Source of the DNA: a virus
Taxonomy: Duplodnaviria > Caudoviricetes
Length of the DNA: 61,111 bases
Reading direction: 5' to 3' (one strand)
Virus record (IMG/VR): IMGVR_UViG_3300042444_000090
Coordinates: 1-61,111 of that record
How positions within the stretch are numbered: position 1 is the stretch's first letter; every line of letters starts with the position of its first letter. A program made the position numbers and the translations under genes. The notes beneath the pieces were generated by a model. That model made no database searches, was not told the origin of the DNA, and worked only from the letters and a program-made list of their open reading frames with translations. Shown here piece by piece: positions 53,240 through 61,111 of this stretch.

Positions 53240-54082
53240 CTATCTTCCGCCGAAATACATGGCCCCCGCCTGAGTTGCCATTCCTCCCAAATTGCCAAGA
53301 GCACCAATCATTGCTGCTTGTTGTGCATTTCGTGCTGCGGCATTCTGAGCAGCGCCTTGATAAAGCATTTGTTGATAGGCTTGCTGATTTGCTCTGTTTG
53401 CTTGTGAAAGGCTAAGCAAGTCTCCAATTCCAGTGTTTCCAAAGTCTGCAGCAGATGCTCCAAGACCTTGTGCAGCGCCAAGAAGTCCAGCTTGCCAGCG
53501 TCCAACAGCTTCCTTGTTGGCTACTTCGGCAGCTTGCTTGCCAGCCATCAATGCGCCCGGATCAAGTCCTCCCGTAGGAGCGCCATAAGCATTAACATAG
53601 TTTTGTTGCGCGGCGATGTTGCCCAATTCAAAATCTCTTCCTGCCTGAGTAGACATATCGAACAAAGCAGAGCGGGAAATGGTGCTGTCTGGATCGATTC
53701 CAGTAGCCGACATTGCAGGGATTCCTTTTGTTTTTGCCCATTCTTCCATTTGCTTTTTCCAAGCATCTTTGGAAGTGGCCTCTTGAAGTCGCCTCGGAAC
53801 GTCTCGGCGCATTTGCGCTGCTTCAGGGCTTGCAAGTTCTTCGTATTTGCGGGATCTGGCAAGGTTTGCCATGCCAAGTTCTCCAGCTTCGCGGGATACT
53901 TGTTCAGGACTAAACTCCTGCATCTGTGGCGTAATATTTGAGGCCAGCTTCAGCATATCAGCCTGATTTTTCAAAAACATCAGGCCCATCTGGTTTTTCT
54001 GACCCAACAAAGCCGCTTCCATGTCCATAGAAGGGCGCTTGATGTAGTCGCCGGGGTTTACTGTTGCTGGTGATCCGCCCAT
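53240..54082 (-). CDS. Internal virion / pilot-like protein
   Basis: MGGSP start; Gln/Ala-rich; hydrophobic Gly-rich C-terminus. Confidence 0.6.
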   Translation of the reverse strand: MGGSPATVNPGDYIKRPSMDMEAALLGQKNQMGLMFLKNQADMLKLASNITPQMQEFSPEQVSREAGELGMANLARSRKYEELASPEAAQMRRDVPRRLQEATSKDAWKKQMEEWAKTKGIPAMSATGIDPDSTISRSALFDMSTQAGRDFELGNIAAQQNYVNAYGAPTGGLDPGALMAGKQAAEVANKEAVGRWQAGLLGAAQGLGASAADFGNTGIGDLLSLSQANRANQQAYQQMLYQGAAQNAAARNAQQAAMIGALGNLGGMATQAGAMYFGGR

Positions 54083-54086
54083 ATAA

Positions 54087-54479
54087 TTACTCCTTAGGTT
54101 CTTTGATTTCGTAGATTTCTCGGTTCAATGGAGTAAGACCTATTTTTGTCATTACCTCATTTGGAAAATTTGGACGCTTATCTGCTGTAGGAACTCCAAT
54201 ATAAGCGAGTGATCCAGACATTTGCACATGGCTAACAAAATCATTTATTACAGAAAAAACGTCTTTTGGCTTCGTGTGTTCGGGATGAAATGCTGGATAA
54301 ATTGTCGGGATATAAACCCAATCCGAATATCCAACAAGCCGACCATCTCTGTAATGTCCAAGGACGTTAATATTCGGATGTTCTTTGATTTCGTGATTAA
54401 ACTCTTGAGCAAAATCTACAGCCTCAAGGAATTCGTTGGTTCCATGTCTCAACAATTTGTAATTTATGCGTCTATTCAT
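54087..54479 (-). CDS. GNAT-like protein (T7 gp13 / P22 gp14 position)
   Basis: YRDGRLVGY strand, MTKIGL end motif; between nozzle and ejection genes. Confidence 0.5.
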   Translation of the reverse strand: MNRRINYKLLRHGTNEFLEAVDFAQEFNHEIKEHPNINVLGHYRDGRLVGYSDWVYIPTIYPAFHPEHTKPKDVFSVINDFVSHVQMSGSLAYIGVPTADKRPNFPNEVMTKIGLTPLNREIYEIKEPKE

Positions 54480-54480
54480 G

Positions 54481-54726
54481 TTATGCTCTACCCACAAAAA
54501 CCTCATTTTTGGTAGTATATCCAGCGAATTTTGCAGCCTGCTCCTGAATAACTTTAACCCTGTCCGTAAAGCTGCCGCAGACAGCGCACGGAAGGCATTC
54601 GGGATCTTTGTATGCCGTGAATGGGATCGATGAATACAGCGGAACCATGCTTGTATCCGAAAAAGGACTGATGAACTTGTTTGGAAAGCTCGTTACTGGA
54701 ACAGCGGCCTGTGAAATATTGGGCAT
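54481..54726 (-). CDS. Small structural protein
   Basis: 81 aa from MPNISQ; CLPCAVC; TAATATG coupling. Confidence 0.55.
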   Translation of the reverse strand: MPNISQAAVPVTSFPNKFISPFSDTSMVPLYSSIPFTAYKDPECLPCAVCGSFTDRVKVIQEQAAKFAGYTTKNEVFVGRA

Positions 54727-54727
54727 A

Positions 54728-56854
54728 TTAGCAAGGATTAGAAATTTTATACTGCACAGCCGCAGCATTTGCTGCCTGAAGCGCCAAAACGCCAGCCTGT
54801 TCCTCGGCATGGGCATAGGAAATGAAGGAAAGATATGATGCAGAAGCTGTTGCAGATATTGATGGATAGCCAACGCATGGCAGCGTAACCGTCTTGAATA
54901 CCTTGGCGAAAAACGTCTTGTTTTCACCAAGAGGACTGTCCTGCGGACTCGGAAGAATATCGATCTTTATGGAGTCTCCGCTCTCCCCAACAACGCAAGT
55001 CAGGGTTTCGCTTGTGTTGGGATTACCCACGGACTTCTCGCTCCAAGGATCTTGGAATACCCTGACAACTTCCACTCCTAGCTCTCCACACCATTCGATC
55101 AGCACAGAAAAGGCTTTGTCTATGTCTGCGGTCAAAGGGCTTTCGCACGTCTCATAACGCGCATTTCGCGTGGCGCTTTCGGTAACCAAACGCCTGTATT
55201 GGGTGTTTAGAAAGCCCAATTCATTGATTTCTTCTTCAAACGGTGTGTTCTTGTATTGATGAGGCTCGGTAATTGCCAAAATTCTACGATCTAGAACCTT
55301 CTGATATGACCCCTTGCTGCCCCTGAAGCTGGCTCGCACATCAACAGTGCCGCCGATCTCTTTGCATTCAATCTCGGCATACACAAATTGCTTTAGATCC
55401 ATACCATCACCAAGCTGGGCGGTTTCGATCTGGCTATAAATGCGGTTATAGAACTCCGTTGTGCTGCCGTCTTGGTTGATCCGCAAATATGAGTCCGTGC
55501 GTTCTGGCATGAAGGACTCCCAAAGATGGTTGTAAGACCCATCGTTTGTAGCCGTGTAATCCAAAGAAAAATGGAAGCACCTTGGCTGACCATCAACCAC
55601 TCCGCCCGTCCACTCAACGGGCCTTGTTCCTTCCCAAACGCCACACCAAGCAGGGTTTCTTGCCTGACCCCACTCAGATGCCGCCGCATAGTCGAGCACC
55701 ATTGTGGCCGAATTTACGGGTTCTAGGTAAGGGACAGAGTAAAGAAGGTAATTCTCAAACGATGTAGCGCAAATTTGCTTCTGATCTCCAGCCATGTAGC
55801 GCTTTGTACGCGCCATCTCGACATCTTTGTACAAAACCTGAGATGACAAATATGAGGCGGCAGCAACGTCAGCAGCAACCAATCCACCCTGAGAATACCA
55901 CCACATTTGTCCAGCCTGAAACGCTATGCTTTTGCCAGCAACGCATCCGACAGTTGGATACAGCGTATTTTGGAAGTTTGCCGTAGATGCCCATGCAGAC
56001 CTGTCCAAAATTCCTGACGCCAGCGAGAATGTAGACCTGTCAGTAAAAACAATCAGTCGCGTGTCTGTGTTTTGACCGACATAAGATACAAGTCCAGTTA
56101 CGGGCCTTGAAAAACTGAAATCTCCCCTGCCTGCACCTGAAGTTCTTTCAAGCCAGCTTGTGGGATCGCCCAAATCTGAAGCCAAAACAAGGTTGTTGTC
56201 GGCAATCCAAAGCCGATTTCCAGAAAATGCCATCCATGTCCCAACAGGAATCTTGTCGCTTTGAACTCCTGTGCGGTTTGATCCGTCCCAATAGGCTGGA
56301 GAAGAAATTCCGTCCTGAATCATCACGATGCGATGCGATGGAGTAACCGTTGTATCGCCGCCAGTGGAAGTGGTGGCCGATCTGGTCGCTAACGTGAAGA
56401 CGCATTGCGAGACATCTTCATCCAGCTTGATGCCGCGCAGTCGATAATCGTCCCAATTCTTGGGCTGCACTAGCGGGAATGGAGCAAAATATACGTTTCC
56501 GCTAACAGCGAATAAGATGTATGGAATTTCATCTTTCGCCACTCCCTTGCCATCAACGTCAAAAATTTGTCTTGGAACTGTGATTAGCTGTCCGTTGACA
56601 GTTTTTTTCTCGGCAGCTTGAGACTGTTTGTTAGCCGCAAAAAAAACTCCTCCTTGTATGTTTCCGGGCGGTAAAGAAAGGCGCATTGCATAGCCGGGGC
56701 GCGTTTGGGCAATGCCGCCCCTGACGGTAACATTGACGCCCCACTTCAGTTGGTTTTCTGGAAGCGCCCAAGCGTTTCTGACGCTGTTAACCCCTTGAGT
56801 CCAACCAGCAGTGCTTTTTACAAGCCTTCCAGCGTTGATTTGATCGGACTTCAT
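54728..56854 (-). CDS. Tail nozzle (tubular protein B / P22 gp10-like beta-propeller)
   Basis: 708 aa; NVTVRGG..TRPG, MAFSGNRLWIA, VGCVAGKSI. Confidence 0.75.
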   Translation of the reverse strand: MKSDQINAGRLVKSTAGWTQGVNSVRNAWALPENQLKWGVNVTVRGGIAQTRPGYAMRLSLPPGNIQGGVFFAANKQSQAAEKKTVNGQLITVPRQIFDVDGKGVAKDEIPYILFAVSGNVYFAPFPLVQPKNWDDYRLRGIKLDEDVSQCVFTLATRSATTSTGGDTTVTPSHRIVMIQDGISSPAYWDGSNRTGVQSDKIPVGTWMAFSGNRLWIADNNLVLASDLGDPTSWLERTSGAGRGDFSFSRPVTGLVSYVGQNTDTRLIVFTDRSTFSLASGILDRSAWASTANFQNTLYPTVGCVAGKSIAFQAGQMWWYSQGGLVAADVAAASYLSSQVLYKDVEMARTKRYMAGDQKQICATSFENYLLYSVPYLEPVNSATMVLDYAAASEWGQARNPAWCGVWEGTRPVEWTGGVVDGQPRCFHFSLDYTATNDGSYNHLWESFMPERTDSYLRINQDGSTTEFYNRIYSQIETAQLGDGMDLKQFVYAEIECKEIGGTVDVRASFRGSKGSYQKVLDRRILAITEPHQYKNTPFEEEINELGFLNTQYRRLVTESATRNARYETCESPLTADIDKAFSVLIEWCGELGVEVVRVFQDPWSEKSVGNPNTSETLTCVVGESGDSIKIDILPSPQDSPLGENKTFFAKVFKTVTLPCVGYPSISATASASYLSFISYAHAEEQAGVLALQAANAAAVQYKISNPC

Positions 56855-59800
56855 TGCATAACCACATCTGTGCCATCCCCGTAAGTAATGTTATTGATCT
56901 GAGGGGTAGCCATTGCGTGTCCTTCAATGCTTTCTTGCTGATTTTTCAAGTACGCTATAGCTATTGTCCAATAGCGTTGCGCCTGATCGGCAAAATCCTT
57001 GTCTTCCAAGTCAACCGCATGAAGCGCTGCCAGAATCGCACGTTCATTCTCCAACGGAATGAAATCATACATAGATTCAATCGTTGGGTTCTTAATGCGA
57101 TATATAATACGCGCCCAAGAGCATGGCTGACCAAGTCGGATTCTCCTGTACTGAGGATTAATATCCGCAGGATGGTATTGCCCGATTAGGGTCATGTCAT
57201 TACTGCGCCCGTAATCGTAAGCGTACAAAGACACAAATCCGTCCGTTTTTGGCTTTTCAATCTGTTGGACTGATTTCACCAAGGTAGGAGGTTCAATTGA
57301 GTCTATAATAAAGGTGCTGTCGGCGCTATTTCCTGCCGTTTGATAGGAAACACGTCCGACAGTTGAAGCTAGGTTTCTTGCCTGAGCTTCAGTGCTATAC
57401 AGTTCAAACTCGTCGGAATCCAGCTTTCTGACGTAGTAGTTCGCCCCCGCAACCAGAGGATTAGGAAGAGAATCCCCATCTCTCGGACGCGCCGTAATGG
57501 CTTGTCCTGTCGAGTAAAGCGATGCCGTCTCTACAATGCTTGTAGATGGAACCGCTGTTACCGTCCTATCCAAGTCGAGGCTGAGTTGGCCTGTCCCCGG
57601 AGTGGTAATCGTTACCAAGGTATTGTTGGAATATACCTTAACATCGTCACCAAAAATTTTGATTGTGTAGTCCGTACCCGCAACAAGAGGAGAAGGCAGG
57701 GTTCCAGAAGAAGAAAACCGCACAACTTCGTTTTCCTGCAAAAATTGAACGCTATCAGGATTAATTCGGTTTTGATATGGCAACGGAAATGCCGAAACTC
57801 GCAAAGCATAGTATGCCTGACCAGTTCCAAAAGCTGTCACGCTAATCAACCCCGTTGTTCCGCCAGCATTTGCATTAGTTACCGTATTATAAATACGAGC
57901 AGTCTGATTTCCTGCGTCAATATTGAGGAAAAACTGAGTAGTTCCCTTATCAATAGATGGAGTTGTGCTCGGAAGGTTGTAGTCAGATGCAAAATAAATT
58001 CCCTGTCCAGTGTTCAGTCCATCAAAATCTCCAACCCATCTATTGGTGAATCCAACAGCAAATGATCTAGAAATCAGCACATAAAACTGTCCCGTTCCAA
58101 CGCTAGTAATATTTACGGGACTGTAATCGACGTTGGTGATTGTAAAGCTGGACGATGAAAATGGTTGTTCTGCTCGATATGATGCGCCCTGAGTAATTGG
58201 GCTTGGAAAAGTTCCTGTGGTTGTAAAAGAGACAAATACGCCAGTTGAAGGAGTAAACGTAATGGTAGGATTGCCAGTGTATCCCGTTCCTTTGGTGACC
58301 ACATTAACTTTTACAAGTTGACCTCCAGACACAACGGCAGTTGCAGTTGCGCCTGTGCCGCCGCCGCCGCTGATCGTTACTGCAGGAGCCTGCGTATAGC
58401 CAGATCCTCCATTGGTTACTTCAATGTATTCAAGGAATGACGTTGTAATGGTACACGTTCCAGCAGCATTTGTGCCGCCGCCGCCAGTAAATGAAAGCCT
58501 CGGCGGGATGACATAACCCTCACCCGGACTATTAATGATCAAACCGTTGACCACTTGAGATGTGTTATTGATGGTAGCAGATATGATGGCTCCAGAACCA
58601 ACAGCCTGCAGGGTAATTCCCGTGATTCCACCATTGATATCTAGCCCATTGATTGTGGCCCTTGCGCCTTTGCCAGCTTTCGCAATACTTAAATCAGTAA
58701 TTGTAACTGTTGCGTTTGGCTGATATCCGCTGCCAGCGCTAACAACGCCAATCGATGCAACGCGACCACCTGTAACAGTGATATTAAATGTGGCCTGTGT
58801 TGTAAATGTGCTGTCGATCTCAATGCCAACCTGATTTTGCACGTATCCAGCGCCACCAGTATCGTCAACCGTCACTGTAGGAACACTGGTATAGCCACTG
58901 CCGGGCGCGGTTACTTGAACTCCAGTAATAATGCCAGATGGAACGCCTTTCGCCTGAGCACCAGACCCTGAAGGATTCGGAAGATTCAAGCCTTCAGCAA
59001 GAATGTTACTTTGTGTCCCGATAGCAACGGTTGCAGGAATCAACTTAACCAAAGAGTTTGTACCGCTTCCAGAAGTCACCAAGTTGATCGGATTGGTGTC
59101 GTTTACGGCATCAGATGATGTTGGATGGATGCTGACCGTTGTGGAGTTAATCGCTCGCACATAGTAGTTTGTTCCAGCCACCAACGGTTGAGGCAAAATT
59201 CCGCCGTTGGTCGTGGCTTGAACCTGATCTCCTGTTGAAAATCCGTGCGGGACGGAGAACGTCATCTTCGTTTGCGGCGAAATCGGCTTTTGAAGATCTA
59301 CGTTGATAGCTGTAGTCGCTCCCGTAGTGTAAACGGGATTCGTATTGTTCGTAGCATCTGCAATCGATTCAAAAATCTGCAGATGCGTAGGACTGATCAG
59401 GTTGGCAAAATAGGTAGCCTTAGAAATTAAAGGAGAAGGCAGGATGTTGCCGGGGAAATTGATCGGGTTAGCAGTGTCCAGAGCAATTGCAGGAGTGCTC
59501 GACAGCGAGAGAGCCGTGACTACCCTGCTTGGTTTTTTGTCCAACAGCCTTAGCGACGAAACCCCCACAATGCTCTGGAGATTAATAGGATAATTGCCAG
59601 CCTGAGCGTTCAGGGGATCAGCATAAAGCTGAATAACCGTAGGACTGACAACCCCCACGTAATAAATCTGGCCGTCTCGGAGAGGCGGAGGAACCACCCC
59701 CCCGATTGGAGTGATGACCACTGATTGACCAGAGTCCAAGGTGTGTGGCGTTGCCGTTTGGAAGAATCCAAGCGGGGATATCGCCGCATCTCTTGTCCTG

Positions 59801-60336
59801 ACGGTCACATCAGGAGGGAGGATGGCTCCTAGGGGGAAATCCTCTGGACTGTAAATCGGTATGTATAGACCGTCTACACCTTGCCCGTCAGGAGTTTGGC
59901 TTCTGAGCGTAGCATTCCATTGGTTTGTCCCAAGAACCCTGATTTGTTTCCCTGCATCATTTGATACCTCAGCGATAGCAATAAGCTGAGACGGCTGAAT
60001 GATGTCCATCATCGTGGCCGTATATCCACGATCATCCCAAGCCCAAGGGACGGAACTATAAGCGCCCCCCTTATTTACGTGATATTGAAAAAGTCTGTTT
60101 CGGAAATACAGAGGACTGCCGTCCGTGTTTACGGCTAAAGGCACTTCAATGCCCCTAGGCAGCGCAACACTGCAGCGATCCCATCCAGTGCAGATATCGA
60201 TCTCTGCTACCGAATGCGTCCAGTGACCAGACTCCATCAGGGTCTGGATCGATTGAGTCAGTTTCCGAAAAACCTTGGTTTTGTCTGTAGTGCCAAGGAT
60301 TTCTGCTGCCTCGTCAAAGATTTGCGAGACAAACAT
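56851..60336 (-). CDS. Head-tail adaptor (tubular protein A-like) with large repeat insertion
   Basis: Helical N- and C-termini flank LPxPLVAGxxYYV repeats and GSGYT..PTVT repeats; coupled to nozzle gene. Confidence 0.65.
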   Translation of the reverse strand: MFVSQIFDEAAEILGTTDKTKVFRKLTQSIQTLMESGHWTHSVAEIDICTGWDRCSVALPRGIEVPLAVNTDGSPLYFRNRLFQYHVNKGGAYSSVPWAWDDRGYTATMMDIIQPSQLIAIAEVSNDAGKQIRVLGTNQWNATLRSQTPDGQGVDGLYIPIYSPEDFPLGAILPPDVTVRTRDAAISPLGFFQTATPHTLDSGQSVVITPIGGVVPPPLRDGQIYYVGVVSPTVIQLYADPLNAQAGNYPINLQSIVGVSSLRLLDKKPSRVVTALSLSSTPAIALDTANPINFPGNILPSPLISKATYFANLISPTHLQIFESIADATNNTNPVYTTGATTAINVDLQKPISPQTKMTFSVPHGFSTGDQVQATTNGGILPQPLVAGTNYYVRAINSTTVSIHPTSSDAVNDTNPINLVTSGSGTNSLVKLIPATVAIGTQSNILAEGLNLPNPSGSGAQAKGVPSGIITGVQVTAPGSGYTSVPTVTVDDTGGAGYVQNQVGIEIDSTFTTQATFNITVTGGRVASIGVVSAGSGYQPNATVTITDLSIAKAGKGARATINGLDINGGITGITLQAVGSGAIISATINNTSQVVNGLIINSPGEGYVIPPRLSFTGGGGTNAAGTCTITTSFLEYIEVTNGGSGYTQAPAVTISGGGGTGATATAVVSGGQLVKVNVVTKGTGYTGNPTITFTPSTGVFVSFTTTGTFPSPITQGASYRAEQPFSSSSFTITNVDYSPVNITSVGTGQFYVLISRSFAVGFTNRWVGDFDGLNTGQGIYFASDYNLPSTTPSIDKGTTQFFLNIDAGNQTARIYNTVTNANAGGTTGLISVTAFGTGQAYYALRVSAFPLPYQNRINPDSVQFLQENEVVRFSSSGTLPSPLVAGTDYTIKIFGDDVKVYSNNTLVTITTPGTGQLSLDLDRTVTAVPSTSIVETASLYSTGQAITARPRDGDSLPNPLVAGANYYVRKLDSDEFELYSTEAQARNLASTVGRVSYQTAGNSADSTFIIDSIEPPTLVKSVQQIEKPKTDGFVSLYAYDYGRSNDMTLIGQYHPADINPQYRRIRLGQPCSWARIIYRIKNPTIESMYDFIPLENERAILAALHAVDLEDKDFADQAQRYWTIAIAYLKNQQESIEGHAMATPQINNITYGDGTDVVMQ

Positions 60337-60341
60337 GGCAA

Positions 60342-60659
60342 CTACATGGCTCCTCGTTGATTTAGCTCGGCAGCAAAGGCTTCCAGATCGGCATCAGAGG
60401 GCGCTCCAGCGGGGGCAGCAGGCTCTCCAGCGGCCATTTCAGGAGTCGTTGGCCCTGTTCCACCAGAAGCCGCATCAACCTCTAGTGCGAGCGCATCAAG
60501 GGCGGTAGCAAGCTGGATCACAATGTTGTGCATCTCCATGAAAGCGTTTTTCGGGATACTCACCATGACGGTTCCTGCATCAGCAGGAGCGGCAGGCATC
60601 GGCGCTTCTTCGGGCATTGGCGGCATGGGAGCCATATTGGGTGTGTTTGGTTTAGCCAT
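60342..60659 (-). CDS. Pro/Ala-rich hypothetical protein
   Basis: Start MAKPNT at TAATATG coupling. Confidence 0.6.
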   Translation of the reverse strand: MAKPNTPNMAPMPPMPEEAPMPAAPADAGTVMVSIPKNAFMEMHNIVIQLATALDALALEVDAASGGTGPTTPEMAAGEPAAPAGAPSDADLEAFAAELNQRGAM

Positions 60660-60660
60660 A

Positions 60661-61077
60661 TTAATCTTCTTCCTCTTCTTCGGACTCATCGTCCTCAGGT
60701 TCGTTTTCTGCTTCGGCAAGGCCGCTTTCAATTGCGTCCTCGTCATCCATTTCTTCTTCAGATTCTTCTGAAAGGTTTTCTTCGGGTTTGATTCCGCAAA
60801 TGCAAAGTTCAACAGAATAGCGCTTGTCTGTCCCGTCTTCAGTTTTGACAGATTCGGTTTTTTCCATGACCTTCTTGTAGCGGATCATGGCAGTGCCTTC
60901 TGAAGGCATATCCTTCAATCCCTTCACGTTTTCAAAATACAGTGAAGGATAGTAAACTTTGTCTTCTCCATCTTTGTTTGACCATGAAGACATGGCCTCA
61001 TCCATTTTCTTGGAAAGGTTTTCCCCAAGGCTAACAAAGCCTTCGGGCAGTGAAATTTCTGATTTTTCGTATGGCAT
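60661..61077 (-). CDS. Acidic hypothetical protein
   Basis: 138 aa; KVYYPSLY motif, Glu/Asp tail. Confidence 0.65.
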   Translation of the reverse strand: MPYEKSEISLPEGFVSLGENLSKKMDEAMSSWSNKDGEDKVYYPSLYFENVKGLKDMPSEGTAMIRYKKVMEKTESVKTEDGTDKRYSVELCICGIKPEENLSEESEEEMDDEDAIESGLAEAENEPEDDESEEEEED

Positions 61078-61111
61078 AATGTTAGCTTTCTATTGATCAA
61101 TTTCCCACGTT
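60956..61111. repeat. Terminal direct repeat / circular overlap (right copy)
   Basis: Matches 1-156 with one mismatch. Confidence 0.95.

Overview
The window looks like one complete, circularly assembled ~60.95 kb genome of a tailed dsDNA phage, probably short-tailed. Bases 1-156 repeat 60956-61111 with one synonymous mismatch. Essentially all credible genes lie on the minus strand. In transcription order there is: an early region (34.8-30.8 kb) with four sigma70-like promoters, shared operators and leader motifs, and AbrB, LuxR-HTH, DUF932 and a possible tailed histone-fold gene; a recombination/replication block (RecT-like, PD-(D/E)XK nuclease, DUF1376 initiator with iterons, DnaC-like ATPase, SSB, gp88-like, TAGT-like glycosyltransferase, RusA-like); terminases; a head module (portal, scaffold, major capsid) interleaved with four glycosyltransferase-like genes and a methyltransferase; a lysis cassette and tailspike; then, across the junction, tail adaptor, nozzle, Gly/Ala-rich ejection proteins, a 4142-aa polyvalent protein and an initiator-type tRNA-Met. 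I recognised no integrase, CI-like repressor, DNA polymerase, RNA polymerase or CRISPR array. The best candidates for new biology are a virion glycosylation/methylation system embedded in the head genes, a giant protein with a HEXXH protease domain divided by repeated FMPxR motifs, a RusA fold apparently split over two overlapping frames under a perfect antisense promoter, and an early-gene operator/leader/anti-leader circuit. All family calls come from motif recognition by eye, not database searches.
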